From positions 10,954 to 74,953 of the forward strand of contig JAFQVV010000015.1 in NCBI GenBank assembly GCA_017407835.1: a stretch of DNA of 64,000 nt, in the 5' to 3' direction. The position numbers and the translations under genes are program-made. The notes under the pieces are model-generated. The model did not search any database and was not told where the DNA came from. It saw only the letters and a list, made by a program, of their open reading frames with translations. Every line of letters begins with the position of its first letter. The first letter of the stretch is position 1. This document shows, in pieces, positions 53,391 to 64,000 of the stretch. The DNA is from Clostridia bacterium (GTDB lineage Bacteria; Bacillota; Clostridia; Oscillospirales; CAG-272).

Positions 53391-55073
53391 TTGATGGGGG
53401 AAACCAAGTATTTATCCGGTGCGGATATTCTGGTCAGAACGTTAATCGAACAGGGGTGTGATGTTGTTTTCGGTTATCCGGGCGGGCAGATCATCCACGT
53501 TTATGACAGCCTTTATAAATATCAGAATGAGATTACGCATATCCTGACTGCGCATGAGCAAGGGGCGGCACATGCAGCCGACGGCTACGCCAGAACGACG
53601 GGACGAGTCGGTGTTGTGCTCTCCACTTCAGGACCGGGTGCCACCAATTTGGTAACGGGAATTGCAACTGCGTATCTGGATTCTATCCCGCTGGTTGCAA
53701 TTTGCGGCAATGTGCCAACAACGCAGATCGGTACGGACAGTTTTCAGGAAATCGATATCACCGGTGTAACGCTTCCCATTACCAAGCACAATTATTTTGT
53801 CGGGTCTGTAGACCAGCTGGCAGATACACTGCGAGAGGCATTTGCACTGGCACAGTCGGGAAGACCGGGGCCCGTTCTGGTTGATGTTCCCAAAGATGTG
53901 CAGGTCGCAATGTGCGAATATACTCCGCAGCCGCCGGTGGAAGCGGAGGAAAAACAGGCCGCAAAGGAAATGCGGATAGAGGAAGCGGCAGCCTGCATCA
54001 ATCTGGCTGAACGCCCCTATATCTACTACGGCGGCGGTGTGCTTGCAGGCGGTGCACAGGAAGAAATGCTGGCGCTTGCCGATAAGATTGATGCCGTAAT
54101 CGGCTGCTCGATGATGGGGCTTTCGGCAATTCCTACCGATCATCCGCGTTTTCTTGGGATGCAGGGTATGCACGGGCATTATGCTTCATCCATGGCGATG
54201 CACAATGCCGATCTGATCATTTCTCTCGGCGCGCGCTTCAATGATCGCGTGACGGGAAACCGTGCAAAATTTGCACCTCGTGCAAAGATTGTACATATTG
54301 ATATCGACGGCTCTGAGCTGTCCAAGAACATCAGTGCGGCACACGGTCTGCGCGGCGATATAAAACTGACGCTGCAAAAATTGCTTCCTATGGTTGATGA
54401 AGTCAAGCATAACGACTGGCAGGCAAAGGTTTCCGATTTGCGGCACAAGGAAGAGGAGATTACCGATTCTCGTCAAGGCGTCACTCCCAGAAATGTGATT
54501 ATGACGTTGAACCGTCATCTGCATCCCAATACACCGGTTGCAACCGATGTGGGACAGCATCAGATGTGGTCGGCACAGTATCTCACCTGGAAAACCGCAC
54601 GGCGCTTTGTCTCAAGCGGCGGTCTGGGGACGATGGGAGTTGGTCTTGGTGCTGCGATCGGTGCGGCATTCGGCACGGGTGAGCATGCCGTCCTTGTCAC
54701 GGGAGACGGCAGCTTCGGTATGTGTCTCAACGAACTGGCAACTGCGGTAAAATACCGTGTTCCCATTGTGATTTTGATCATGAACAACGGCGTACTCGGT
54801 ATGGTGCGGCAATGGCAGACACTCTTTTTCGATAAACACTATTCCAATACAGTTCTTGAACGAAAGACCGACTTTGTTGCATTGGCATACGCATTTGGGG
54901 CCAAAGGTGAGCGTGTCGCTGATTTGGATGCACTTGATCGGGCGTTTGCCAATGCATTCGCCGATGACGGCCCGTATGTAATCGATTGTGCAATCGAGCG
55001 GGATGAATTTGTTCTTCCCATGCTGCCCCCCGGCGGCTCAATGGATGATATCATTGTAAAGGTGGGTGACTGA
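53391..55073 (+). CDS. ilvB: acetolactate synthase, large (catalytic) subunit
   Basis: GADILVRTLIEQGCDVVFGYPGG and the TPP motif GDGSFGMCLNELATA...NNGVLGMVRQWQ are present. The start is either TTG 53391 or ATG 53394, after AAGGAG. Confidence 0.9.
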   Translation: MMGETKYLSGADILVRTLIEQGCDVVFGYPGGQIIHVYDSLYKYQNEITHILTAHEQGAAHAADGYARTTGRVGVVLSTSGPGATNLVTGIATAYLDSIPLVAICGNVPTTQIGTDSFQEIDITGVTLPITKHNYFVGSVDQLADTLREAFALAQSGRPGPVLVDVPKDVQVAMCEYTPQPPVEAEEKQAAKEMRIEEAAACINLAERPYIYYGGGVLAGGAQEEMLALADKIDAVIGCSMMGLSAIPTDHPRFLGMQGMHGHYASSMAMHNADLIISLGARFNDRVTGNRAKFAPRAKIVHIDIDGSELSKNISAAHGLRGDIKLTLQKLLPMVDEVKHNDWQAKVSDLRHKEEEITDSRQGVTPRNVIMTLNRHLHPNTPVATDVGQHQMWSAQYLTWKTARRFVSSGGLGTMGVGLGAAIGAAFGTGEHAVLVTGDGSFGMCLNELATAVKYRVPIVILIMNNGVLGMVRQWQTLFFDKHYSNTVLERKTDFVALAYAFGAKGERVADLDALDRAFANAFADDGPYVIDCAIERDEFVLPMLPPGGSMDDIIVKVGD

Positions 55074-55074
55074 T

Positions 55075-55581
55075 ATGAACCGATATACCGTAGCTGTTCT
55101 GGTGCGCAACCAGTTTGGTGTCCTCAATCGTGTCACCAGTATGTTCCGCCGCAGACAGTTCAATATCAGCGCACTGACCGTCAGCGAAACCGAGTCAAGT
55201 GATTATTCCCGTATTACTGTAATTTTTGACGGTGAAGAGACCTATAAGCAGCAGTTGATCAATCAGCTTTATAAGCTTCCCGATGTTTGTTCAATCAAGG
55301 AGTTTAATGCCGAGGATTCGGTCAGCTGTGAGCTGCTGCTGATCAAAATGCAGAATGATGCCTCCACGCGTGAGGAAATTCGCGCGGCAGCTGAGGCATT
55401 CAACGCAAAAACGGTTGATTATGCCAAAGAATCGATTGTATTCCGTCTCGCCGATGACAGCAGACGCATTGATGATTTCATCAATCTGATGCGCGACTAT
55501 ACCATTCTCGAGATTTGCCGAACCGGTAGTGTCTCACTCGAGAAGGGAAGCTCGACCATTCGCAAAGTTACAAATCTTTAA
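55075..55581 (+). CDS. ilvN: acetolactate synthase, small (regulatory) subunit
   Basis: MNRYTVAVLVRNQFGVLNRVTSMFRRRQFNISALTV is the ACT domain. ATG 55075 lies just after the ilvB stop. Confidence 0.9.
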   Translation: MNRYTVAVLVRNQFGVLNRVTSMFRRRQFNISALTVSETESSDYSRITVIFDGEETYKQQLINQLYKLPDVCSIKEFNAEDSVSCELLLIKMQNDASTREEIRAAAEAFNAKTVDYAKESIVFRLADDSRRIDDFINLMRDYTILEICRTGSVSLEKGSSTIRKVTNL

Positions 55582-55600
55582 TAATAAATTTCAAGTATAG

Positions 55601-56632
<1,032 letters not shown>

Positions 56633-56641
56633 GACATCATG

Positions 56642-56664
56642 GCCAAGGGGGTAACCCCCTTGGC
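56642..56664 (+). other. intercistronic GC-rich stem-loop between ilvC and ilvD
   Basis: GCCAAGGGGG-taa-CCCCCTTGGC is a 10-bp perfect stem. No T-tract follows. Confidence 0.6.
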
Positions 56665-56689
56665 TAATCCTCTATGAAAGGAGCTTCTT

Positions 56690-58348
56690 ATGATGAAAAG
56701 TGATGCACTGAAAAACGGGATGCAGAACGCCCCCCACCGTGCGCTTTATCATGCCCTTGGCTTGACCGAGGAAGAAATCGCCCGCCCACTGGTGGGTATT
56801 GTCAGCTCATATAACGAGATCGTTCCCGGCCATACCAACATCGATAAGGTGGTGGATGCCGTAAAATTGGGCGTTGCCATGGCGGGCGGAACCCCCATTG
56901 TTTTCCCCGCGATCGCGGTTTGTGACGGCATTGCGATGGGACACACGGGAATGAAATATTCGCTGGTTACGCGTGACCTCATTGCCGACTCTACCGAAGC
57001 CATGGTCATGGCGCACGGATTCGATGCCCTTGTCATGGTGCCAAACTGCGACAAAAATGTTCCCGGCCTGCTGATGGCAGCCGCACGTCTGAATATCCCC
57101 ACGGTATTTGTCAGCGGCGGTCCTATGCTTGCCGGTCATATCGACGGCGCCAAAACCAGCTTCTCCTCAATTTCCGAGGCGGTGGGTGAATTTAACGCCG
57201 GCAAGATCTCCGAGGAAAAGCTCAAGGAATACGAATGCAAGACCTGTCCCACTTGCGGTTCCTGCTCGGGAATGTATACCGCCAATTCCATGAACTGCCT
57301 GACCGAGGCACTCGGTATGGGCTTGCGGGGCAATGGTACGATTCCCGCGGTTTATTCTGCGCGCATTGAACTGGCCAAGCACGCAGGCATGGCGGTCATG
57401 AAGCTGCTGGAAAAGAACATTCGCCCCCGCGACATCATGACCGAGAAAGCCATGATGAACGCGCTGACGGTGGACATGGCCCTGGGCTGTTCCACCAACA
57501 GTATGCTCCATCTCCCCGCCATCGCCCATGAGTGCGGCGTGGAGATCAATCTCGACATCGCTAACCGGATCAGCGAAAAGACGCCCAATCTTTGCCATCT
57601 CGCCCCTGCGGGCCGCACCTATATGGAGGAGCTGGACGAGGCCGGCGGCGTTTACGCTGTCATGAATGAGCTGGACAAAAAGGGCTTGCTTTACACCGAC
57701 TGCATGACGGTGACGGGCAAGACGGTTGGAGAAAACATTGCCCACTGCATCAATCTCAATCACCATGTCATTCGCCCCATCGAAAATCCCTACAGCGAGA
57801 CCGGCGGTATTGCCGTTCTGCGCGGTAACCTTGCGCCTGAGGGGAGTGTGGTCAAACGCTCGGCAGTTCTTCCCGAAATGCTGGTGCATGAAGGTCCGGC
57901 TCGTGTTTTTGAATGCGAGGAAGACGCCCAGGAAGCCATCAACGCAGGGAAGATCAATCCCGGTGACGTGGTGGTCATCCGATATGAAGGCCCGAAGGGC
58001 GGTCCCGGTATGCGAGAGATGCTCAATCCCACCTCTGCAATTATGGGCATGGGGCTGGGCAACAGCGTAGCGCTCATTACCGATGGTCGTTTCAGCGGTG
58101 CGACAAGAGGCGCTTGTATTGGTCACGTCTCTCCCGAGGCGGCCTCCGGCGGTATGATCGGCGTGGTTGAGGAGGGCGACATCATCAGCATCAACATCCC
58201 CGAAAACAAGCTTGAATTGAAGGTGGATGCCGATGTCTTGGCTGAACGCATGAAAAACTTTGTTCCTAAGACAAAGCCGCTCACCGGATATTTGAAGCGC
58301 TATGCCGCACTTGTTTCCAGTGGCGCATCCGGTGCAATTTTGAATTAA
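56690..58348 (+). CDS. ilvD: dihydroxy-acid dehydratase
   Basis: [32 protein letters not shown] and TDGRFSG are IlvD signatures. Confidence 0.95.
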   Translation: MMKSDALKNGMQNAPHRALYHALGLTEEEIARPLVGIVSSYNEIVPGHTNIDKVVDAVKLGVAMAGGTPIVFPAIAVCDGIAMGHTGMKYSLVTRDLIADSTEAMVMAHGFDALVMVPNCDKNVPGLLMAAARLNIPTVFVSGGPMLAGHIDGAKTSFSSISEAVGEFNAGKISEEKLKEYECKTCPTCGSCSGMYTANSMNCLTEALGMGLRGNGTIPAVYSARIELAKHAGMAVMKLLEKNIRPRDIMTEKAMMNALTVDMALGCSTNSMLHLPAIAHECGVEINLDIANRISEKTPNLCHLAPAGRTYMEELDEAGGVYAVMNELDKKGLLYTDCMTVTGKTVGENIAHCINLNHHVIRPIENPYSETGGIAVLRGNLAPEGSVVKRSAVLPEMLVHEGPARVFECEEDAQEAINAGKINPGDVVVIRYEGPKGGPGMREMLNPTSAIMGMGLGNSVALITDGRFSGATRGACIGHVSPEAASGGMIGVVEEGDIISINIPENKLELKVDADVLAERMKNFVPKTKPLTGYLKRYAALVSSGASGAILN

Positions 58349-58376
58349 ACAGGGGTATTTATCTGTTTTACCCAAA

Positions 58377-58425
58377 ATAAAAATCGGTCAGCGCACACGA
58401 GAATTCGTGTCTCTGACCGATTTTT
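58377..58425. terminator. bidirectional terminator (ilvD / Cys-rich miniprotein convergent)
   Basis: AAAAATCGGTCAG...CTGACCGATTTTTT has 9-bp outer arms plus an inner CACG/CGTG stem. Confidence 0.75.
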
Positions 58426-58655
58426 TATTCGGCGAAGGGTTCTTCGCTGAGTGCAGGCGCAAGATCAGCCTGGATTGCAGGGAATCGCTTGGGCGCACGT
58501 TTGAGCGGATCATAGACAAAGTGGCGACAAACGTGGGTGTCGCATACAACGCCTTTTTTGTTGCAGAGGATGTAATCGCATTGTTTGAGCAGTGTCGCAT
58601 GCTCGCATCGTGCGCAGCAGCGCTCGATCTCGGGGCGTTCAGTTTTTTTCTTCAT
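58425..58655 (-). CDS. 76-aa Cys-rich protein (7 Cys)
   Basis: ATG 58655 follows GGAGG with a 7-nt spacer. The sequence reads MKKKTERPEIERCCARCEHATLLKQCDYILCNKKGVVCDTHVCRHF. The ORF track extends it to 59015 across the ylbJ 3' end, which I reject. Confidence 0.5.
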   Translation of the reverse strand: MKKKTERPEIERCCARCEHATLLKQCDYILCNKKGVVCDTHVCRHFVYDPLKRAPKRFPAIQADLAPALSEEPFAE

Positions 58656-58717
58656 GGTCCTACCTCCGACGATTTCTGACAATAGTATATCACAAAAATT
58701 GACGGATTTCCATAGCT

Positions 58718-59845
58718 TCAGCGGATTTTCTTGAAATTTTTCATTTTTTGTGTCCCAAGAAAGCACCAAATTGCCAGTGCGCCGGCGAAAATAATCCAAA
58801 CAAAATGCTGATAAGCGGGCGGGAAGGTATCGTTGACGCAAGCAATCGCAGTGCTTGGTGCAAATATTGATGAGGGCAAGAACAGTATCCATACTGCTGC
58901 GAAAATGCCGCTCAGGAGACACTGAAGGCCCTTGGCTGCAATATATGGGCGATAGGAGATGCCTCGTCCTTCGGTGAGGGCAAAAATTTGGAAATGTACG
59001 GCGATTCCCGACCATCCCGCAAAACAGGCTGAAAGAAAAATGCCAAGATGAGCATCTGCCAGAGAAGCCGCGGCGTTCATGCCGGAGGAGAGCTCAAAGC
59101 AGCCGAACAGAATCGCATCTAAGAGGGGAGAAGCCGAAAGCCGATCAAGCAGAATGCCCAACGTTCCGATGACTGACGAAAAAAACACCACATAAGCACA
59201 GATCATCATCATGCTGTTTGCGGAATTGGCAATGGCACGGGAAAAGGAGATCGGAGCTGATTTCGGGGGGACAGCCATGATTGGCGTGCTCTCCTGTTTT
59301 CTTTTTTTGCAGATATTGCCCAGAATGCCGATCAAAACGGCGGAGAGAAGCTGAATCACATACAGCATCAGACCGATTGTTCGCGAAGACCATAATGCAC
59401 TGCCGACAGTACCGATCATAAAAGCCATGCCTGTATTGTTGCAAAATGTCAGTAAACGAATAAAATCTGCCCGATCAATGCTTCCGCGATCATAAAGTGA
59501 GGCGGCAATGCGTGCACCGACGGGAAAACCGCAAAGCGCACCCAAAATAAGTGCAGTGGCCGCTTCTCCCGCAAAACCAAACAGGGTGCGCATCGGACGC
59601 TCCAACAAACGAGTTGCCGCACCATCTATTCCGCTTGCAATAATCAGTTCGGCCAGAACAATCGACGGAAAAAGCGAGGGAATGATTTTATTGGCACAGA
59701 GTGAGAGGCTGTCTCGAACAAATGAAGCGGCAATATCGGCATTGCGCAGGAGCAAAAAAAGCAGAAAAACCGAAAAAACCAGCATACTTACACGGCTGAC
59801 TGGGAAGTTTGCGGTGTCACAAATACAGCGTCGGTTGTTGGTCAT
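58718..59845 (-). CDS. ylbJ: sporulation integral membrane protein YlbJ (nucleoside-recognition/Gate domain family)
   Basis: 375 aa, polytopic. FVRDSLSLCANKIIPSLFPSIVLAELI is the YlbJ N-terminal pattern. SD is AAGGAGGAG. Confidence 0.7.
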   Translation of the reverse strand: MTNNRRCICDTANFPVSRVSMLVFSVFLLFLLLRNADIAASFVRDSLSLCANKIIPSLFPSIVLAELIIASGIDGAATRLLERPMRTLFGFAGEAATALILGALCGFPVGARIAASLYDRGSIDRADFIRLLTFCNNTGMAFMIGTVGSALWSSRTIGLMLYVIQLLSAVLIGILGNICKKRKQESTPIMAVPPKSAPISFSRAIANSANSMMMICAYVVFFSSVIGTLGILLDRLSASPLLDAILFGCFELSSGMNAAASLADAHLGIFLSACFAGWSGIAVHFQIFALTEGRGISYRPYIAAKGLQCLLSGIFAAVWILFLPSSIFAPSTAIACVNDTFPPAYQHFVWIIFAGALAIWCFLGTQKMKNFKKIR

Positions 59846-59941
59846 GTCGCGCTCCTCCTTTGCATAGACTACGGTGACGGAATCCGTTGTACTCTATGCG
59901 GATTTCAGCAAATTTATGATGTGGAAAGGATGGGGAGATAG

Positions 59942-60256
59942 GTGAAAAAGGAAAAAAGCGGCAAATTGGCACGTTCGGCACGTGAGAGCTTTGCAATGGT
60001 TGAGGATTTATTTTGCGACGGACCGTTCATCGAACTGCGCGGACGGCATGAGCTTGCTGTGCAGGGGTGTCGAAAAATATTGACCTGCACCGAAAATGAG
60101 GTTTGTTTAGCCTTGCGGGAGACAGGGTTACATGTTGCAGGGAAGCGTTTGCATTGCACAACCTATTATGCAGGCGCCGTTTCGGTCAATGGCGAGATCG
60201 ACGCACTGTTCTTCGATGATGATATATCGGGTAAAAAGAACGGAGGGGCATCGTGA
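59942..60256 (+). CDS. yqfC: sporulation protein YqfC (YabP family)
   Basis: GTG start after GGGGAGATAG. IELRGRHELAVQGCRKILTCTENEVCL...GAVSVNGEIDAL is the YabP/YqfC pattern. Confidence 0.8.
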   Translation: MKKEKSGKLARSARESFAMVEDLFCDGPFIELRGRHELAVQGCRKILTCTENEVCLALRETGLHVAGKRLHCTTYYAGAVSVNGEIDALFFDDDISGKKNGGAS

Positions 60257-61443
60257 TCCTGTTTCTTTTGCGCTTTTTGGGGGGATGGTATGTCATTTCG
60301 GGCAGACGGGAGCAAGCGGCGGCATTTTTGGATTTGTGTATGCGAGAGCGTTTTGTCCACTGGCGATTTTGCTACACAGATGATGAATTTTTCTGTCGTG
60401 TCAGCCGTCGCGGATGGCGGCGATTATCGTCTGCAGCTTGCTCTTGCGGAATTGCGCTGTGCTGTTGCGCTGAACACGGATTACCTCGGCGTATTGCGCC
60501 TTACCGACATCGCACAGGATTGATATTGGGCGCAATTTTCTTTTGTGCCATACTTGTTTTGTCGGGGAAATTTGTCTGGCGGATAGAGGTCATCGGTACG
60601 GAAAAATATCGCTCTGCCGATGTGATCGAGGAGTTGTCGGCGCAGGGATTTGGGATAGGCGCGTATATTCCCAGTGTAGAGGTGAACAGTTTGCAGAATC
60701 GGTTGCTTCTGTATTCCGACCGTTTTGCCTGGCTGTCGATCAATTTAATCGGGACTACAGCGCGTGTTGAGGTAGTGGAGCAAAAAGATCGGGAGATGCC
60801 GACAAACGATAATGCTCCCGCTAATTTGATTGCGTCGGCCGATGGGCAGATTGTGCAATTCTCTCTGCAGGACGGATGGACGGCCGTTGGGATCGGGGAT
60901 GTCGTTCGTGCGGGAGATTTATTGGTCAGCGGAATTGGTGAACGCAAGGATGGCGGAACACAGCTCGTCTGTGCACAGGGAGCGGTTTATGCCCAGGTTA
61001 TGCATGAACTCAGCGTGGAAATTCCGCTGACATATGACCGAAAAACCTATGGAAAAGAGAAAATTACCGAAAAAAGTATAATTTTTTTCGGAAAAGAGAT
61101 AAAACTTTTGCAAAACACTGGCATTTTGGGGGAGAGTTGTGATACAATAAATAATGAGCGGATATTGACCTTTTTCGGCGGTGTATCGGTACCCGTGGCT
61201 TTTCGAACACAGACGCAGCTGCCATATACGTTGGAGCCTGCGTCCCGAACGGTGGATGAAGCGCTGACACTTGCCGAATACCGACTGCGGCAGCAGACCG
61301 ACGCATTGTGCGCAGACCGAGAGTTGATCTCGCAAATCCGTTCAACCACTGTCACCGAGACATCGGTACGGTTGGATTGCAGACTGTTTTGTATCGAAAA
61401 TATTGCCCAGTCATCGCCGATTTTGCTTGGCGAATCGGACTGA
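60253..61443 (+). CDS. yqfD: sporulation protein YqfD
   Basis: GTGA overlap with yqfC. About 396 aa with a central TM helix and VWRIEVIGTEKY...IEELSAQG. The conserved yqfC-yqfD pairing supports the call. Confidence 0.8.
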   Translation: MILFLLRFLGGWYVISGRREQAAAFLDLCMRERFVHWRFCYTDDEFFCRVSRRGWRRLSSAACSCGIALCCCAEHGLPRRIAPYRHRTGLILGAIFFCAILVLSGKFVWRIEVIGTEKYRSADVIEELSAQGFGIGAYIPSVEVNSLQNRLLLYSDRFAWLSINLIGTTARVEVVEQKDREMPTNDNAPANLIASADGQIVQFSLQDGWTAVGIGDVVRAGDLLVSGIGERKDGGTQLVCAQGAVYAQVMHELSVEIPLTYDRKTYGKEKITEKSIIFFGKEIKLLQNTGILGESCDTINNERILTFFGGVSVPVAFRTQTQLPYTLEPASRTVDEALTLAEYRLRQQTDALCADRELISQIRSTTVTETSVRLDCRLFCIENIAQSSPILLGESD

Positions 61444-61466
61444 ACGCAGGTAAAGGAATTTGAATT

Positions 61467-62504
61467 ATGCATCAAAAAAATATACCCACCAATACAAGTG
61501 AGGAGACCGCCCGCATTTTTGGCAGCTATGATTGCCATGCCCGCGAGATTGAGAAAGCATTTGGTGTAACACTGCACAATCGCGCGACCGATCATGGAGA
61601 TTCAATTCTGATCAGCGGCGAAGAAGACGGAGTTCGTAAAGCGGCGGAAACTGTTGAGTATCTGCGGCGGATGTCGGCTTACAGTGAGCTCTCTGAACAA
61701 TCGGTCGGTTATGTCATCGGCATGGTTGCCGATGGTCGTTCTGATGAGCTGGGGGCGTTGGATGACGACTGCATCTGCATCACTAACCGCGGAAAGCCCA
61801 TCAAGGCCAAAACCGTAGGGCAAAAAAAATACGTTGAACTGATCCGCCGCAATACCATCGTCCTGGGTGTTGGACCTGCCGGTACGGGTAAAACCTTCCT
61901 TGCCGTAGCAATGGCGGTTAAAGCACTGCGCGAAAAGCAGGTGAATCGAATTATTTTGACGCGCCCCGCCGTTGAAGCGGGAGAGAAGCTCGGCTTTCTT
62001 CCGGGCGATCTGCAAAATAAGATTGATCCCTATCTGCGCCCGCTGTATGATGCGCTGTTTGAGATGATGGGGGCGGAGAATTACGCCCGCTGCCTGGAAA
62101 AGCAGACCATCGAAATCGCCCCTCTCGCCTATATGCGCGGACGCACCTTGGATGATTCGTTCATTATCCTCGACGAAGCGCAGAATGCAACACCCGAGCA
62201 GATGAAGATGTTCTTGACGCGACTGGGATTCAACTCCAAGGCGGTTGTAACGGGTGACTTAACACAGACAGACCTGCCCGACGGGAAGAAGAGCGGTCTT
62301 GGGATGGCGGTCAAAATTTTGCGTGATATCGATGACATTGGTATCCACTATTTCACCGAGCGCGATGTGGTACGGCACAAGCTGGTACAGAAGATTATTC
62401 TGGCATATGAGAAATACGAGCGAACTGCCGCGGCAGCCAAAGCGGAGCCGAAACGATACCACACCATGCCGCATCGAGAGGGCGGAAAAACCGAGAAAAA
62501 ATAA
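61467..62504 (+). CDS. phoH: PhoH family ATPase (YbeZ-like)
   Basis: GPAGTGKTFLAVAMAV is Walker A. LTRPAVEAGEKLGFLPGD, ILDEAQN and VVTGDLTQTDLP are further PhoH-family motifs. Confidence 0.9.
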   Translation: MHQKNIPTNTSEETARIFGSYDCHAREIEKAFGVTLHNRATDHGDSILISGEEDGVRKAAETVEYLRRMSAYSELSEQSVGYVIGMVADGRSDELGALDDDCICITNRGKPIKAKTVGQKKYVELIRRNTIVLGVGPAGTGKTFLAVAMAVKALREKQVNRIILTRPAVEAGEKLGFLPGDLQNKIDPYLRPLYDALFEMMGAENYARCLEKQTIEIAPLAYMRGRTLDDSFIILDEAQNATPEQMKMFLTRLGFNSKAVVTGDLTQTDLPDGKKSGLGMAVKILRDIDDIGIHYFTERDVVRHKLVQKIILAYEKYERTAAAAKAEPKRYHTMPHREGGKTEKK

Positions 62505-62522
62505 AACACTGCGAGGTTTAAG

Positions 62523-63008
62523 ATGAAATTACAACTTTATTTTCAGAACAGTCAGAGCACCTGTCCCATTACCTATTCCATGAAAATGCTGATTCGTTCC
62601 GCAATTGCCGAAACACTGGAGGCAGAGCATTTTGTGGCATATGATCGTGTGGATATTTCAGTGACGTTTGCCGACAACGAGGGCATTCGTGCCATCAACC
62701 GCGAATACCGCAAAATCGATGCTCCTACCGATGTACTTTCTTTCCCCCAGTATGATTTTGCCGATGGCAGTGAGCCTGAGGATGAACCTGTTGTTGTGCT
62801 GGGCGACATTGTTCTCTCACTTGAACGTGCCGCCGAGCAGGCGGAGGAGTTCGGCCACGGATTTGCGCGGGAAATTGCCTTTCTCTGTGTACACTCCACT
62901 CTGCACCTGCTCGGATATGATCATGAGCGTTCCGAAGCAGAGGAGAAAGATATGCGCCGCCGCCAACGCCATGTAATGGAAGTCTTGGGGCTTTCGGTGA
63001 AAGAATGA
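62523..63008 (+). CDS. ybeY: rRNA maturation RNase YbeY
   Basis: TDVLSFP and the zinc motif HSTLHLLGYDH. Confidence 0.9.
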   Translation: MKLQLYFQNSQSTCPITYSMKMLIRSAIAETLEAEHFVAYDRVDISVTFADNEGIRAINREYRKIDAPTDVLSFPQYDFADGSEPEDEPVVVLGDIVLSLERAAEQAEEFGHGFAREIAFLCVHSTLHLLGYDHERSEAEEKDMRRRQRHVMEVLGLSVKE

Positions 63009-63038
63009 TCAATCATAGAGAATAAGGACGGAAAATCA

Positions 63039-63926
63039 ATGAAAAAAACAGGATTTATCGCCATTGTCGGCCGACCGAATGTCGGCAAATCTACTCTGCT
63101 CAATAAAATTCTCGGCGAAAAAATTGCGATTGTATCGGCAAAGCCCCAGACCACACGAAATCGTATTCTGGGCATTCATACAACGGGTGACGCACAGTTT
63201 GTTTTCCTTGATACACCGGGTATCCATCGCCCCAAAAACAAATTGGGTGACTATATGGTCAAAGCAGCCAATGCCAGTATGCGGGATGCTGATGCAGTTA
63301 TTCTCGTGGTCGAAGCGGACAAGCCGATCAGCAGCGTTGAAGAAAATGTAATCGCTTATTTGAAGCGTACTGAAACACCGTCTGTACTTGCGATCAATAA
63401 AGTTGATCTGACCAACAGGGAAGTGATTGCCCAGACAATCACCGCTTATGCGGCAATGCATGAGTTTAATGCATTTGTGCCGATCTCCGCGAAAAAAGGG
63501 GACAATGTTCCCGCACTGTTGGAGGAATGTGCCAAGTTCCTCGAACCTTCTGACTGGTTCTTCCCCGAAGATATGATCACCGACCAGCCCGAGCGTCAGG
63601 TAGCGGCTGAAATCATCCGCGAGAAGCTGCTGCGCACGCTGGACAAAGAAATCCCGCACGGGACGGCAGTTGTAATTGAAGAATTCAAGGAAGAGAAGGG
63701 CTTGGTCAGCATTCGCGCCGAGATCTTTTGCGAGAAGGCTTCGCATAAGGGGATCATTGTCGGGAAAAACGGCGCTTCGCTGAAGCTGATCGGCAGTTAC
63801 GCCCGTGCCGATCTGGAGAAATTGCTCGGCACGCGTGTCTACCTCAATCTTTGGGTTAAGGTTAAGGAAAATTGGCGGGAAAGCACGGCGATTGTCGGCA
63901 ACTTCGGCTATAAAAACGAAGAATGA
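63039..63926 (+). CDS. era: GTPase Era
   Basis: IVGRPNVGKSTLLN, DTPG, NKVD and a KH domain (VVIEEFKE...IIVGKNGASLK). Confidence 0.95.
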   Translation: MKKTGFIAIVGRPNVGKSTLLNKILGEKIAIVSAKPQTTRNRILGIHTTGDAQFVFLDTPGIHRPKNKLGDYMVKAANASMRDADAVILVVEADKPISSVEENVIAYLKRTETPSVLAINKVDLTNREVIAQTITAYAAMHEFNAFVPISAKKGDNVPALLEECAKFLEPSDWFFPEDMITDQPERQVAAEIIREKLLRTLDKEIPHGTAVVIEEFKEEKGLVSIRAEIFCEKASHKGIIVGKNGASLKLIGSYARADLEKLLGTRVYLNLWVKVKENWRESTAIVGNFGYKNEE

Positions 63927-64000
63927 CCTACACAACGGATGCGTTGATCATTCGCGAAGTCGCGTACGATGACAACGATAAGATGCTGACGCTGCTCACG
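63923..64000 (+). CDS. recO: DNA repair protein RecO, first 26 codons (runs off right edge)
   Basis: ATGA overlap with the era stop. MTYTTDALIIREVAYDDNDKMLTLLT resembles the RecO N-terminal OB-fold start. The era-recO order is conserved in Firmicutes. Confidence 0.5.
   Translation, partial: MTYTTDALIIREVAYDDNDKMLTLLT

Noticed and set aside
57167-58375. 402-aa ORF antisense to ilvD, and 55568..56557 (329 aa) antisense to ilvC
   Set aside because: Both are shadow ORFs opposite highly conserved, motif-rich genes. Their composition is low-complexity and they have no start context.
58656-59015. Upstream 120 codons of ORF 58425..59015
   Set aside because: It overlaps the 3' end of ylbJ in another frame and has no SD at 59015. 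The internal ATG 58655 has GGAGG.
63036-63935. 299-aa ORF antisense to era
   Set aside because: It covers exactly the era CDS on the other strand. Era motifs (G1-G4, KH) are unambiguous on the plus strand.

Overview
The window is a chromosomal segment of an anaerobic, endospore-forming Firmicute (Clostridia-like). The inference rests on the sporulation genes spoIIM, pdaA, cwlD, cotJABC, ylbJ and yqfCD, plus NfnAB and a 2-oxoacid:ferredoxin oxidoreductase. Most of the window is tightly packed housekeeping.

Gene order:
- argG (5' end), two NodB deacetylases, a DUF624-like membrane protein, spoIIM, proC, nfnAB.
- A C-S lyase coupled to a small lipoprotein, then a SAM-I riboswitch and metK.
- recD2, comFC, mreB, pepD, an atypical OmpR-like regulator, rlmB.
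- A degenerate P-type-ATPase homologue, then a T-box and serS.
- A complete F-type atp operon.
- A 9.3-kb accessory operon on the minus strand.
- comEC, cotJABC, a four-subunit 2-oxoacid:ferredoxin oxidoreductase with an upstream P-loop NTPase, a TVP38 protein, an HPr-like protein, guaB, cwlD, radA.
- DUF3343 plus cysteine desulfurase, then a T-box and ilvBNCD.
- A Cys-rich miniprotein, ylbJ, yqfC, yqfD, phoH, ybeY, era, recO (5' end).

Three cis-regulatory RNAs are readable directly: a SAM-I riboswitch and two T-boxes whose specifier codons (TCC Ser, CTC Leu) match the downstream genes. I found no rRNA, tRNA, CRISPR array, transposase, integrase or phage genes.

The most interesting region is 29431-38973 (minus strand), wedged between the conserved atp and comEC loci. 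It encodes:
- an ECF-type sigma factor;
- an 843-aa protein, translationally coupled to the sigma factor, with a short cytoplasmic N-terminus and two tandem ABC-2 permease modules;
- four highly diverged paralogous lipoproteins sharing a C-x-DPLC-x-[HG]-[DE]-x(2-6)-C motif;
- a terminal ABC ATPase.

Two of the lipoprotein genes begin with in-frame copies of the first 13-20 codons of the ATPase gene (87-90% nucleotide identity). These look like tandem-duplication scars.

Other oddities:
- a single 742-aa ORF fusing b-like, delta-like and alpha ATP synthase modules;
- a P-type ATPase homologue with every catalytic motif degenerate and a roughly 340-aa acidic N-terminus;
- an MreB with a (PDRRP)x3 tail.

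All functional calls come from reading the translations and remembering family motifs. No database search was run.
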